Positions 25,335 through 35,148 of a stretch of 48,867 nucleotides of DNA are shown here, in pieces (position 1 is the stretch's first letter; each line of letters begins with the position of its first letter). This DNA is from an uncultured Bacteroides sp. (lineage in GTDB: Bacteria; Bacteroidota; Bacteroidia; Bacteroidales; Muribaculaceae): NCBI GenBank assembly GCA_964531905.1, contig CAZHHF010000001.1, forward strand, positions 1 to 48,867, in the 5' to 3' direction. The position numbers were made by a program, and so were the translations under genes. The notes below the pieces were generated by a model that did no database searches, was not told the DNA's origin, and was given only the letters and a program-made list of their open reading frames with translations.

Positions 25335-26360
25335 ATGAAATACGTGACGATAAAAGATATAGCGGCTGCTCTCGGGATCTCAAAGTCGACGGTGTCGCGT
25401 GCGCTTAATGGCGACACATCCAACGTCGGAAAAGAGACTCTGAAGAAAATCGTGGAGACAGCGCGGGAAATGGGATATAGACGCAATGAGGTGGCGGTTA
25501 ATCTGAGAGCCAACAGTAACCGTGTCATCGGTGTGATTGTCCCTGAGATTACCACGCCGTTCTCAATGAGTTTTATTTCCGAAGTACAGAAAATAATGGT
25601 GGAGCAAGGCTATCGCGTGAGTATTGCTTTTTCTAATGAGGATCCTGAACTTGAGAAAGCTAATCTTGAGATGTTTCGTGACGGCCGTGTGGAAGGTCTG
25701 CTTATCAGCTCATGTCATTCGACAGCCAATCTGAAAACATATCAGGAACTTATTAGCCGGAGATTACCGATAGTTTTCTTCGACCGAATCATATCCGATG
25801 GTATAAAAGCTCCGTGTGTGAGGAGCAATGACCACATCAAATCGTTCTTTATGGTAGAGAATCTGATAAGGCAAGGACGTAAGAAGATTCTTCATCTCGC
25901 AGGTCCCGATCATATACAGAACGCGGTTCTGAGACGGAAAGGTTATCGTGAAGCAATGGAGAAATTCAAGCTCCATTGCGGTCCTGAGATGATTGTTTCG
26001 TGTGGAGTCGATGTAGAGGATGGCGCTAAGGCCATTGAAGCGGTAATTGAGCGGGGTATAGAATTCGATGCTATTTTCTGTTTCACTGAAACCCAGGCAC
26101 TCGGAGCCAAAAGATGTTTGCAGGAGCATAATATCGCTATTCCCGGTGATGTGGCGATTTCATGTATGTCTGGAACCATCCTGTCAACACTTGTTTATCC
26201 GCAGATTACGGCTGCCGAGCAGCAGGTCGATGAGATGGCTAAGATTGCGTCGGAACTACTTCTTGAAAAAATTAATGACTATCAGGCTCCCGACCGCACT
26301 ATTGTCCTTGATGCTAAAATCAAAGAGCGTAGCTCAACAGGCTTTTGTGAAAAATCCTAA
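25335..26360 (+). CDS. LacI-family transcriptional regulator
   Basis: 341 aa. N-terminal HTH MKYVTIKDIAAALGISKSTVSRALNG followed by YRRNEVAVNLR. A periplasmic-binding-protein-like sugar-sensor domain follows. Confidence 0.85.
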   Translation: MKYVTIKDIAAALGISKSTVSRALNGDTSNVGKETLKKIVETAREMGYRRNEVAVNLRANSNRVIGVIVPEITTPFSMSFISEVQKIMVEQGYRVSIAFSNEDPELEKANLEMFRDGRVEGLLISSCHSTANLKTYQELISRRLPIVFFDRIISDGIKAPCVRSNDHIKSFFMVENLIRQGRKKILHLAGPDHIQNAVLRRKGYREAMEKFKLHCGPEMIVSCGVDVEDGAKAIEAVIERGIEFDAIFCFTETQALGAKRCLQEHNIAIPGDVAISCMSGTILSTLVYPQITAAEQQVDEMAKIASELLLEKINDYQAPDRTIVLDAKIKERSSTGFCEKS

Positions 26361-26467
26361 GATAATTACTAGAACTTATTTCATTCCGTTAGAATAACCG
26401 GTATTCACGTTAAATTATTGTACCGTCGGGAAGATGGGGCTATATAAACCGCAAGTAAAAGTATTAG

Positions 26468-26486
26468 TAAATGTTAAAAACATTTA
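26468..26486. promoter_or_regulatory. Perfect palindrome TAAATGTT-AAA-AACATTTA in the AT-rich leader upstream of the plus-strand SusC
   Basis: 8-bp arms at 26468-26475 and 26479-26486 with a 3-nt spacer, about 130 nt upstream of the SusC ATG (26613). Its function is unknown. Confidence 0.3.
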
Positions 26487-26612
26487 AAATATTTTGTAGA
26501 ATCTAAAATAATCATTTACTTCGTAAAATACATTATATATAGACTACAATTTTATGTTATTCCCCTCTAATAGGGTTTAATTAAATCAATACCAATTAAT
26601 TATCTATTTTTT

Positions 26613-29600
26613 ATGCGAAAAGTAATTTATTCAGCTATGGCGTTTATGACCGCGTCGTTTTTGCTGTCTCCTAAATTGCTGGCTGAAAGTCAGTTGAGGG
26701 GGGGGTAGAAGCAGCGGCACAATCAACGCAAACAGCTACTTGTTCCGGAACCGTATATGATGAAGACGGTGAACCTCTGCCCGGAGCATCGGTATTTGTT
26801 GAAGGTGGAAATGGAACTTCAACAAACATCGACGGAAAATTCACGATTGCTAACGTAAAGATTGGTTCAACAATCAAAATTTCTTATGTAGGCTATCTGC
26901 CTAAATCGGTTGTTTGGAATGGCGAGCCTATTGAAGTAACCCTTAAATCTAATACTGAGTCACTCGATGAAGTTGTGGTTGTAGGTTACGGTGTGCAGAA
27001 AAAAGTAAACCTTACCGGTGCGGTTTCGCAGGTTAAGGGTGAAGACATTGCACATCGTCCCGTTGCCGATGCAGCCCAGATGCTTCAGGGTGTGGTACCC
27101 GGTCTTCTCGTGACAAACAGTAATTCAGGTCGTCCCGGCGGTAGCGCAACACTTCAGCTCCGCGGACAAGGAAACCTTTCAGGTACCGGTACGCCCTACG
27201 TGCTTGTCGACGGTGTTGAAATGAGCCTTTCCGATGTGAACCCTAACGATATCGAGAGCATCTCGGTGCTTAAAGATGCAGGTGCCAGCGCTATCTATGG
27301 TGCGCGAGCTGCTTACGGTGTGGTACTCGTTACCACTAAACGTGGTCAGGAAGGCAAAATGCGTGTAAGCTATCAAGGTTCTGTTGGATGGAGCAAACCC
27401 ACAAAGCTTCCTGAAATGCTTGATGGTTATGAATTCGCAAAGATGTGGAATGCAGCTTGTGCCAATGCCGGTGTAAGCCGTTTCTATTCTGATGAGAAAC
27501 TTGAACTCCTGCGTCAGTTCCGCGATAATCCCAACAGCGTTGACCCGTGGCAGGAACTCGCACCTAATGCTTCAATGAACCCCGCATTTGAGAATTCCGA
27601 GTCAGGTATCGGTAACACCGACTACTTCGATCTCCATTACAAGAATTGGGCGTTCAAGCAGAATCATAACATCAGCGCGAGCGGCGGTGGTAAACGCGCG
27701 CAATACTACGTTTCACTCGGCTATTATGGTGAAGATGGTATTCTCCGCTATGCCGACATGGACTATAAGCGTTACAACGTATCTTCAAACATCAAGTCAG
27801 ATGTTACCAAGTGGCTCTCAGTTCGTGCCAACACCAAGTTCATGCACTCTGATACCGACACTCCTTTCGGAACCGGTGGTCTCAGCGAAGGTTTCTACCA
27901 CTCACTCGCCCGTTTCCGTCCTACCGTACACTATAAGGACCCGAACGGCAACTTTACTGAACTTACTATGATTCCGTATCTCCAGAGCGGAACATACACA
28001 ACAAGCAAACGCGATCGTTTCAACATTACATTCGGTGTTGATGTTCAGCCGCTCAAAGGTTGGAAGATCACAGCCGATTATACCTACCGCTATGTAGGTC
28101 TCGAATACGAGGCAATGAACGTTGCTCCTGATATTTATGCAGCCGACGGTGTGACAATCTCAAAAGGTGTGCGCGATGAGTTAGGTGTGCAGAAAGACGG
28201 ACGCTATACAAAGCAGAATACCGTAACCCGCTATCAGAACTTCAGCCTTTACACCTCTTATAACCTTACCGTAGCAGAGAAAAACAACTTCATTGTTATG
28301 GCCGGTTACCAAAGCGAGGAAAACCGTTATTCAAGCATATATAATTATGTGAACGGTCTTTACACAATCACTAACCCGGGTATCGGTACCGGTTCAAGCG
28401 CAGTAACTGCAACTGACAGCCGCACAAGTTGGGCGACCCGTGGTTGGTTCGGTCGTTTGAATTACGACTTTGACGGCAAATATCTCTTTGAGTTAAATAT
28501 GCGTTACGACGGTACATCACGCTTCGCGAAGAATAATCGCTGGGGCTTCTTCCCGTCGGTGTCAGTAGGTTGGAATATCGCTCAGGAAAACTTCATGGAG
28601 TCGCTTCGACCCACTCTCAACAATCTTAAACTCCGTCTATCTTATGGTAAGATGGGTAACCAGGCAGGTGCTGCTCTGTATACCTTCGCTTCTACTATGA
28701 ATATTACTGCAAAAGGTAATTATATCTTCTCTGACGGACGCCACGGTTACATCAATGCTCCCGGCGTTATCGACCCCACTGTAACATGGGAAAAAGTTCA
28801 GAGTAAGAACATCGGTCTCGATTTCGGTCTCTTCAACAATGCCCTCACAGGTACAATCGAGGTATTCCAGCGCGATACAAAAGACATGCTCGGTCCCGGT
28901 GAGGACTTCCCCGATTTCTTCGGCGCAGACGCACCGCAGGCCAACAACGCCAATATGCGTAACCGCGGTTGGGAATTACAGCTCAACTGGATCGGACGAA
29001 TTGGCAAAGACATAACCTATAGCATCGGTGGATCTATCTCTGACGCTACTGCAACTGTTACCAAATATAAGAATCCCACATTTACCGATCCTGTCGGAAA
29101 CTGGTACGATGGACGTGACGTAGGTCAGATCTGGGGTTACCGCTCAAGCGGTCTTATCCAGACTCAGGATGAAGCTGATGCTTATAACAAACTCGATCTA
29201 TCTTACCTCAATGGCGGTGTATGGACTCCCGGTGACGTGAAGTACATCGATCTCAATGGTGACGGTAAAATTAACAAAGGATCAAACGTACTCGGCGACA
29301 TGGGCGATTACACCGTGATCGGTAACACCACTCCACGTTATCAGTACACCATCAACGGTAGCATCGGCTGGAAAGGTCTGCATTTGAGCGTGATGTTCCA
29401 GGGTATTGGCAAGCGCGACTGGAATCCCGGTACAATTCCTTATTTCTGGGGCTGGGGACCGTATGCACAGGCAACATTCTTCAAGCAGCACACCGATTAT
29501 TGGACCGAGGATAATACCGACGCTTACTATCCGAAACCTTACCTCCACACTGCCGGTGGTATCGGAGTATTCAACAACCGTAACCGTCAGACTTCCGACA

Positions 29601-29857
29601 GATATCTTCAGGATGCTTCTTATCTCCGTCTGAAGAACCTCACTGTTAGCTACGAGTTGCCGAAGACAATCCTCTCTCACGTGGGTCTTGATAAGGTTAT
29701 GGTGTTCTTCACAGCTGAAAACCTTTGGACCATCACAAACCTTGCAAAGATGTTTGACCCTGAAGCAATCTTCACTAAAAACGATTATACCAGTGAAGGA
29801 GGTAAAAACTACCCCATGAACAAGGTTCTGTCTGTAGGATTAAATATCAACCTTTAA
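26613..29857 (+). CDS. SusC/RagA-family TonB-dependent transporter, interrupted by a frameshift in a G8 tract (OFF/pseudogene as sequenced)
   Basis: ATG 26613 gives MRKVIYSAMAFMTASFLLSPKLLAESQLRGG, then TAG at 26706. The frame used by the track ORF (GTG 26975) is open back to 26687. From 26705 it reads VEAAAQSTQTATCSGTVYDEDGEPLPGASVFVEGGNGTSTNIDGKFTIANVKIGSTIKISYVGYLPKSVVWNGEPIEVTLKSNTESLDEVVVVGYGVQKK. That is the signal-peptide-proximal CarboxypepD_reg domain and TonB-box region every SusC needs. One extra G (or two fewer) restores a single ORF of roughly 1080 codons. Confidence 0.8.
26698..26705 (+). repeat. G8 homopolymer at the SusC frameshift site
   Basis: Eight consecutive G read directly from the sequence. 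The two reading frames overlap only across 26687-26708, so the indel must lie in or next to this tract. Confidence 0.9.
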
Positions 29858-29875
29858 TAACATAGAAAAATCGAA

Positions 29876-31669
29876 ATGAAAAAATATATTTTAAGCCTTA
29901 TTGCAGGTCTGGCGCTTACATCGTGCTACGACCTTGACCGTGAGCCGGAAGGAGTTCTCTCATCTTCCACTCCATTCACAAGCACAGGCGAAATGAGCAG
30001 CTATCTCGATCAGTTCTACGAATCGGGAGTTAGAGGTCAGGGATTTGCTGCAGGTGGAGGATCAGGTATTGCCGGTAATGATGTCAATTCCGATAATATG
30101 ACTGGTACAGCAGTGAACCAGCGTCTTGCCGGACGTACATCAACAAGCAATGCTTCATCGCTTGATAATTATAAATATATCCGCAGAGTGAATTTCTTCC
30201 TCAACAACCTCGACAACTGTCAGCAGGCTGGATCTGCAGCTTACAATCAGGCAGTTGGTGAAGGATACTATTTCCGTGCGTGGTACTATTATCAGCTGTT
30301 TATCAACTATGGACCTATCGCATGGGTTGAAGTTCCCCTTGATCCTGATATGGAAGTCATGAAGATCCCTCGCGACAGCCGTACAGTGATTGCCGATCAT
30401 ATCCTTGCCGATCTTGATCTCGCCATCGAGTATCTTGGAGAAAAGAACAATAGCTCTTCGATGCGTGTACACCGTGATGTGGCGCGCGCACTCAAGAGTG
30501 AGGTTGCTCTTTTTGAAGGAACATGGGAGAAATATCACAAAGCTAAGAACGACCCCTTCTTCGATCCTGCCGTGACCGATGCAAAAATCAATGACTATTT
30601 AACTCAGGCTGCCGATGCTGCGAAAGCTGTCATGGATCGCAACGTGTGGAAAATCTACAATACCGGTGATGTCAACAACGACTACCGTGTTATCTTCGAG
30701 ACTACCGATCTTGGAAGCAATTCCGAAGTGCTTTGGTACAAGAAATATGACGGTACTGAAATCGGTAACAACGTTGACCGTTACCTCAATCAGGGTGGTG
30801 GCAGCTGTGGTGTGACTGCATCACTTGTCGATGATTATCTGACAATCGACGGTAAGCCGTTCGTTGGCACACAGCGTACAGAGGCTCAGAAAGTATGGGG
30901 TAACGAACTCCTTCCCACCGTACGTGACCCGCGTCTCGCCCAGACTGTAGCAACTCCAGGACAGCAGCTTCGTCCCGACGAAGGTCCTTCTTACACCTTC
31001 CCCCCGCTTATCGGTACTTCGGCCTACAATAATAACGTTACCGGCTTCTCATTGCTTAAGCATGTGCAGATTAACTATACCGGAAGTCTCGATGCCGAAT
31101 CTAAGGGTGCTACTCCCGCGATACAGTTCCGTTATGCCGATGTTCTTCTCAACTATGCCGAAGCACTTGTAGAACTTAACGGCGCTGCAAATGCATCGAA
31201 AATTATTGAGGCACTCCATCCGCTCCGCGAGCGTGCCGGTATGCCCGACGTGGACTTTGACCGCGAATACAACACCGACCCATCTTATCCGTTTGCTAAC
31301 CTCGATAAATACGTTCAGGCTGTGCGCCGTGAGCGTCGAATCGAGAAAGCTTGCGAGGGACGTCGTTTAGAAGATATTCTCCGTTGGGCAGCCGCCGATG
31401 AACTTATCATTGGAAAATGGCATAAGGGAGCGATGTTCATAGGTAGTAACCTCGCCGACCAGTTCCCGACTCTCGTTTATGATCAGCCCTCAAAGAACAC
31501 TCTGTTCCTTACAGGAAATCCGGGTGATGAATATCGCTACATCACTATCAACAAGGAGGGTTATGAATCAGGATGGCAGTTCAATCCTCAACGCGACTAT
31601 CTCCTTCCCATCCAGGAACGTATGGTATCTCTTACCGACGGCCTCTGGAAACAAAATCCAGGCTGGTAA
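29876..31669 (+). CDS. SusD/RagB-family nutrient-binding lipoprotein
   Basis: 597 aa. Lipoprotein signal LIAGLALTSCYDLD. It starts 18 nt after the SusC stop. SusD-like blocks RYADVLLNYAEA, RRERRIEKACEGRRLEDILRW and C-terminal WKQNPGW. Confidence 0.85.
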   Translation: MKKYILSLIAGLALTSCYDLDREPEGVLSSSTPFTSTGEMSSYLDQFYESGVRGQGFAAGGGSGIAGNDVNSDNMTGTAVNQRLAGRTSTSNASSLDNYKYIRRVNFFLNNLDNCQQAGSAAYNQAVGEGYYFRAWYYYQLFINYGPIAWVEVPLDPDMEVMKIPRDSRTVIADHILADLDLAIEYLGEKNNSSSMRVHRDVARALKSEVALFEGTWEKYHKAKNDPFFDPAVTDAKINDYLTQAADAAKAVMDRNVWKIYNTGDVNNDYRVIFETTDLGSNSEVLWYKKYDGTEIGNNVDRYLNQGGGSCGVTASLVDDYLTIDGKPFVGTQRTEAQKVWGNELLPTVRDPRLAQTVATPGQQLRPDEGPSYTFPPLIGTSAYNNNVTGFSLLKHVQINYTGSLDAESKGATPAIQFRYADVLLNYAEALVELNGAANASKIIEALHPLRERAGMPDVDFDREYNTDPSYPFANLDKYVQAVRRERRIEKACEGRRLEDILRWAAADELIIGKWHKGAMFIGSNLADQFPTLVYDQPSKNTLFLTGNPGDEYRYITINKEGYESGWQFNPQRDYLLPIQERMVSLTDGLWKQNPGW

Positions 31670-31692
31670 TAAGATATTTACCTGAAATATTT

Positions 31693-31727
31693 CGCCCCCT
31701 GCCATGCATGATTGCCGGCAGGGGGCG
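31693..31727. terminator. Bidirectional terminator hairpin between convergent genes
   Basis: 11-bp GC-rich inverted repeat CGCCCCCTGCC (31693-31703) / GGCAGGGGGCG (31717-31727). It is flanked by an A/T-rich sequence on both sides (AAATATTT upstream, ATTTATTATAT downstream). It lies between the SusD stop (31669) and the GH3 stop (31757). Confidence 0.65.
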
Positions 31728-31756
31728 ATTTATTATATGTGATGTTTGCCGATCGG

Positions 31757-34700
31757 CTATTTCGACAATGTCATGTGTATCGAATTTCGTCCTTTGACAT
31801 CGGCCGATTTCTCGTCGTAACCTTCGACACTGAAGATTAGACGGTCGTTATCGGCAACCTTAATGTTGTAGGAGCCATCGTTGCCTGTGCGTGCAACAAT
31901 TTTCTTTTGTTTGGCTGAGTAAACATTAACTCCTTTGAGGGGAGTAGCCTGAACGTCGCGCACAACACCCGAAACACTGATTTTTTTCCCGGTTCCTTTA
32001 TATGCCGGTTCGTCGTTGGATTTGATCTCATCGACTTTCTTTACTTCACCATAAGTGACGGTCGTTTCGAGTGGAAGATTGTCAGATGCGAAACCCGCCA
32101 TAATGATGAATTCACCTGGCTCGAGATGACTGCGGCCAGAATTGTCGGTAAATGCGAGTTCCGATAACGGGAAGCTCATATCGACATTACATGTTTCACC
32201 CGGTTCGAGAGATATTTTGCTGAATCCTTTCAACTGTTTGACCGGGGTTGCGATGGAACTTACCACGTCGCGAATGTAGATCTGTGGAACTGCTTTACCT
32301 GAACGGTTACCGCTGTTGCTCACATTTACACTGACTTTAACAGAGTCGGATGTTATTGTTGCGTTAAGATCGGCAATGTCGAAAGTAGTGTAACTCAGAC
32401 CGTGGCCGAAAGCATACAATGGATCGGGTGAAGAGAACACGTAATCGCGACCGGGGCGTTCGTAACTTCCGGGAGCCTTATAGTATCCGTGATCCGATGG
32501 CAAATGATTATAGTGTGCCGGAAGATGACCGGCACTCTGGGCAAACGATACCGGAAGATGACCCGATGGATTTACATTGCCGGCGAGTATATCGGCGATT
32601 GATTCTCCCTCGCATTCGCCGGCATACCATTGTACGATGATTGCCGGGATATTCTCTTTTTCCCATGCGATTGAGTAGGCTTTGCCGGTTACAAGAACGA
32701 GGACGGTTGGAGTTCCGGTTGCCGCAACCTCACGGATAAGCTGTTGTTGCGCTCCGGTGAGATTCAGGTCGGGAGTATCGAACCCCTCACCGCAGTTTGA
32801 TCCGGAATAATCGCGGGCGAGCGATGCACTTGCACTTCCGCAGAAAAGGATGGCGACATCGCTTTTACGTGCTGCTTCAACCGCTTCGGATATGCCCGAT
32901 GTCTCACGACTCATCAGATCGCATCCTTTGGCATAGTTGATCGTGATACCGTTTCCTGCGAGTTTTCTTATGCCCTGAAGCGGAGTGATACCATTGCTGT
33001 TATTGCGGCTCCAGCTATAGTCACCGAATTGTACCTGATCGGCGTTAGGGCCGATGACAGCAACTGATTTAAGTTTATTGAAGTCAAGTGGAAGAATATT
33101 ATTCTCATTTTTGAGAAGTACAGCTGATTCATCGGCTATCTCGCGCGACAGAGCTACGCTTTCGGGAGTGTGCATCGCTGTCGATTTATAACGTTCGCCA
33201 TATGGATCCTCAAACAACCCGGCTTTGAACTTGGCGAGAAGCACACGTCCTACCGCCCGATCAAGATCCTCCATCGTAAGGAGAGAATCGGCTATCAGTT
33301 CCGGGATGGCGGGGAAGCAGTCGCTCGAAGCTTCCACATCGAGTCCGGCCAACAAGGCCTGTCGTGCGGCATCGGCCTTGCTGTCGGCAGTGTGATGAAA
33401 TCTGCAGAGCATGTCGATCGCTCCCCAGTCGGAGTAGACATATCCTTTGAATCCCCACTGGTTGCGGAGTACGTCGGTAAGTAAATAGTGTGATGACGAG
33501 TTAGGTTCGTTATTCCATGAATTATAGGTCGACATGACTGCCATGATCGGTAGCCCTGTAATCACTCTGCGGAACGGTTTCATGTATATGTCGTGAAACT
33601 CACCCTTACCGCAGGTGACCGATGCGAGATTCAGTCCGCCTGATGGATTTCCGTGCGGGCCGAAATGTTTGAGCATCGGTGCAATTCCGTTGTCGATGTA
33701 TCCTTTTACCTCGTTGTAGGCGAATTCTCCGTTAAGGAACGGATCTTCACCGTAGGTTTCTTCAACGCGTCCCCAACGGAGATCGCGTACAACATCGATG
33801 CACGGTGACAATACCTGATTGATCCCCTGATAGTGGAGATCATTTGAAGTGGCAGTCGCCCGGCGGTAGCCGAGCGACGGATTGAAGGTTGATGCGAGTG
33901 CGATGTTCTGAGGAAATATCGTTGATCCTTCATGTACCGACCCGTGAAGTGATTCGGCGACTATAAATGCAGGAATTCCGAGCCGTGTGTTGTTGACCAT
34001 GTGTTCCTGCACAGCGCGCATATTCCTGTGACAACTCTCTCCGGTCAGCGGGAACCCTTCGACAAAGCCATAGGCTACATCGCCTGCTATGCGCTTAACG
34101 TTCTCTGGATCGAATTCCTGATTGTTGAACAGATCACCCGAGTGGAGATGCCTTATCTGAGCTACTTTCTCATATATGTTCATTCTCGAAATAAGGTCAG
34201 CGACTCTTTCTTCATCGGGGAGTGTCGAATCCTTGTAGCTTTTCGATTTCAGTTTGATGATTACCGGATAATGGTCGGAGACACCTTCCACACGATCTAC
34301 TTTAGCGCTGATGCAACGTTTCATCAGTTTCGGTGAAAGCAGAATGTAGTCAAGATGAGTGCTTACTGAATCTATACGCGGATCTCCGGGTTCCATCTTG
34401 CGGCTGAATGCCGACGGGAATGTCATTCGGTCACGTGGATCGTTGTTGAACTTGACCAGCGGGTCGGAAAGCCCCGATGCAAGAAACGCCGAGATTACCG
34501 AGATATCGAAATTGCCCATCGGGTTGAGGTTATTCCAGTCGGGGCGTTTTGCATCACCCTTTTTGGCATTCCTGAGCCATTTCTTCTTTGTTGCCATTAG
34601 ATCGGCATCGTAAGGAGATATTGAATTAAGGTCACCGGCAACGAGATAATCGGTAAGTCCGAGACTATCGGCATAGTTGGTGATAATGTCGGCTTCCTGT

Positions 34701-35146
34701 CGGCGGAACTTGTAATCAAATGGACTGAGGTGAGTGATCAGAAGGTCGACACCGGCAGTTTTTACGTGGAGCAGACCGTGCCACAATCCTTTTTTCTGAC
34801 CCAATACAATTTCCATCGGGGTAATGATGCGATTGACCGTCTCGACAGGATGGCGCGATACAACACCTACAGGATACCATTCCTCTTTGAGTAGCGATGT
34901 ATGGGGCATTCCGCAATCCTTCCCGAGTTTCTCGAGTTTTTCAGGAGTGAATCCCACAAGTTCGTCAAGCATGAGTACGTCGGGATTCTTTTCCTCGACC
35001 CATTTCAGGAAGTTGGAATAGCGGACGGGATCATTCTCGAGTCCCTCCCAGATATTATAGGTAGCTATTGTAAGAGTATCCTGTGCGGCGAGCATAGAGC
35101 TACCGCACAGAACACCGATAATAGCTGCAATCAGTTTTCTGATCAT
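31757..35146 (-). CDS. Fusion protein: N-terminal endonuclease/exonuclease/phosphatase (EEP) domain + GH3 glycoside hydrolase + Fn3-like + C-terminal CarboxypepD_reg-like domain
   Basis: The track ORF starts at a TTG (35152). The ATG at 35146 gives MIRKLIAAIIGVLCGSSMLAAQ, a signal peptide. EEP blocks: LTIATYNIWEG, VLMLDEL, LLITHLSP, and the terminal VSDHYPV. GH3 blocks: GIPAFIVAESLHGS, KHFGPHGNPSGGLN, GYVYSDWGAI (nucleophile Asp), FGHGLSYTTF. Tail: VSGVVRDVQATPLKGVNVYSAKQKKIVARTGNDGSYNI. Confidence 0.8.
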   Translation of the reverse strand: MIRKLIAAIIGVLCGSSMLAAQDTLTIATYNIWEGLENDPVRYSNFLKWVEEKNPDVLMLDELVGFTPEKLEKLGKDCGMPHTSLLKEEWYPVGVVSRHPVETVNRIITPMEIVLGQKKGLWHGLLHVKTAGVDLLITHLSPFDYKFRRQEADIITNYADSLGLTDYLVAGDLNSISPYDADLMATKKKWLRNAKKGDAKRPDWNNLNPMGNFDISVISAFLASGLSDPLVKFNNDPRDRMTFPSAFSRKMEPGDPRIDSVSTHLDYILLSPKLMKRCISAKVDRVEGVSDHYPVIIKLKSKSYKDSTLPDEERVADLISRMNIYEKVAQIRHLHSGDLFNNQEFDPENVKRIAGDVAYGFVEGFPLTGESCHRNMRAVQEHMVNNTRLGIPAFIVAESLHGSVHEGSTIFPQNIALASTFNPSLGYRRATATSNDLHYQGINQVLSPCIDVVRDLRWGRVEETYGEDPFLNGEFAYNEVKGYIDNGIAPMLKHFGPHGNPSGGLNLASVTCGKGEFHDIYMKPFRRVITGLPIMAVMSTYNSWNNEPNSSSHYLLTDVLRNQWGFKGYVYSDWGAIDMLCRFHHTADSKADAARQALLAGLDVEASSDCFPAIPELIADSLLTMEDLDRAVGRVLLAKFKAGLFEDPYGERYKSTAMHTPESVALSREIADESAVLLKNENNILPLDFNKLKSVAVIGPNADQVQFGDYSWSRNNSNGITPLQGIRKLAGNGITINYAKGCDLMSRETSGISEAVEAARKSDVAILFCGSASASLARDYSGSNCGEGFDTPDLNLTGAQQQLIREVAATGTPTVLVLVTGKAYSIAWEKENIPAIIVQWYAGECEGESIADILAGNVNPSGHLPVSFAQSAGHLPAHYNHLPSDHGYYKAPGSYERPGRDYVFSSPDPLYAFGHGLSYTTFDIADLNATITSDSVKVSVNVSNSGNRSGKAVPQIYIRDVVSSIATPVKQLKGFSKISLEPGETCNVDMSFPLSELAFTDNSGRSHLEPGEFIIMAGFASDNLPLETTVTYGEVKKVDEIKSNDEPAYKGTGKKISVSGVVRDVQATPLKGVNVYSAKQKKIVARTGNDGSYNIKVADNDRLIFSVEGYDEKSADVKGRNSIHMTLSK

Positions 35147-35148
35147 AA

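Noticed and set aside
26361-26612. AT-rich 252-nt leader considered as an invertible (phase-variable) promoter
   Set aside because: I found no long inverted repeats flanking the segment, only a short internal palindrome. No site-specific recombinase gene is present in the window.
26975-29857. Track ORF for the plus-strand SusC starting at GTG 26975 (960 aa)
   Set aside because: This start would delete the signal peptide and the CarboxypepD_reg domain. Both are clearly encoded upstream in the same frame (from 26705) and after ATG 26613. The gene is better described as 26613-29857 with a frameshift in the G8 tract.
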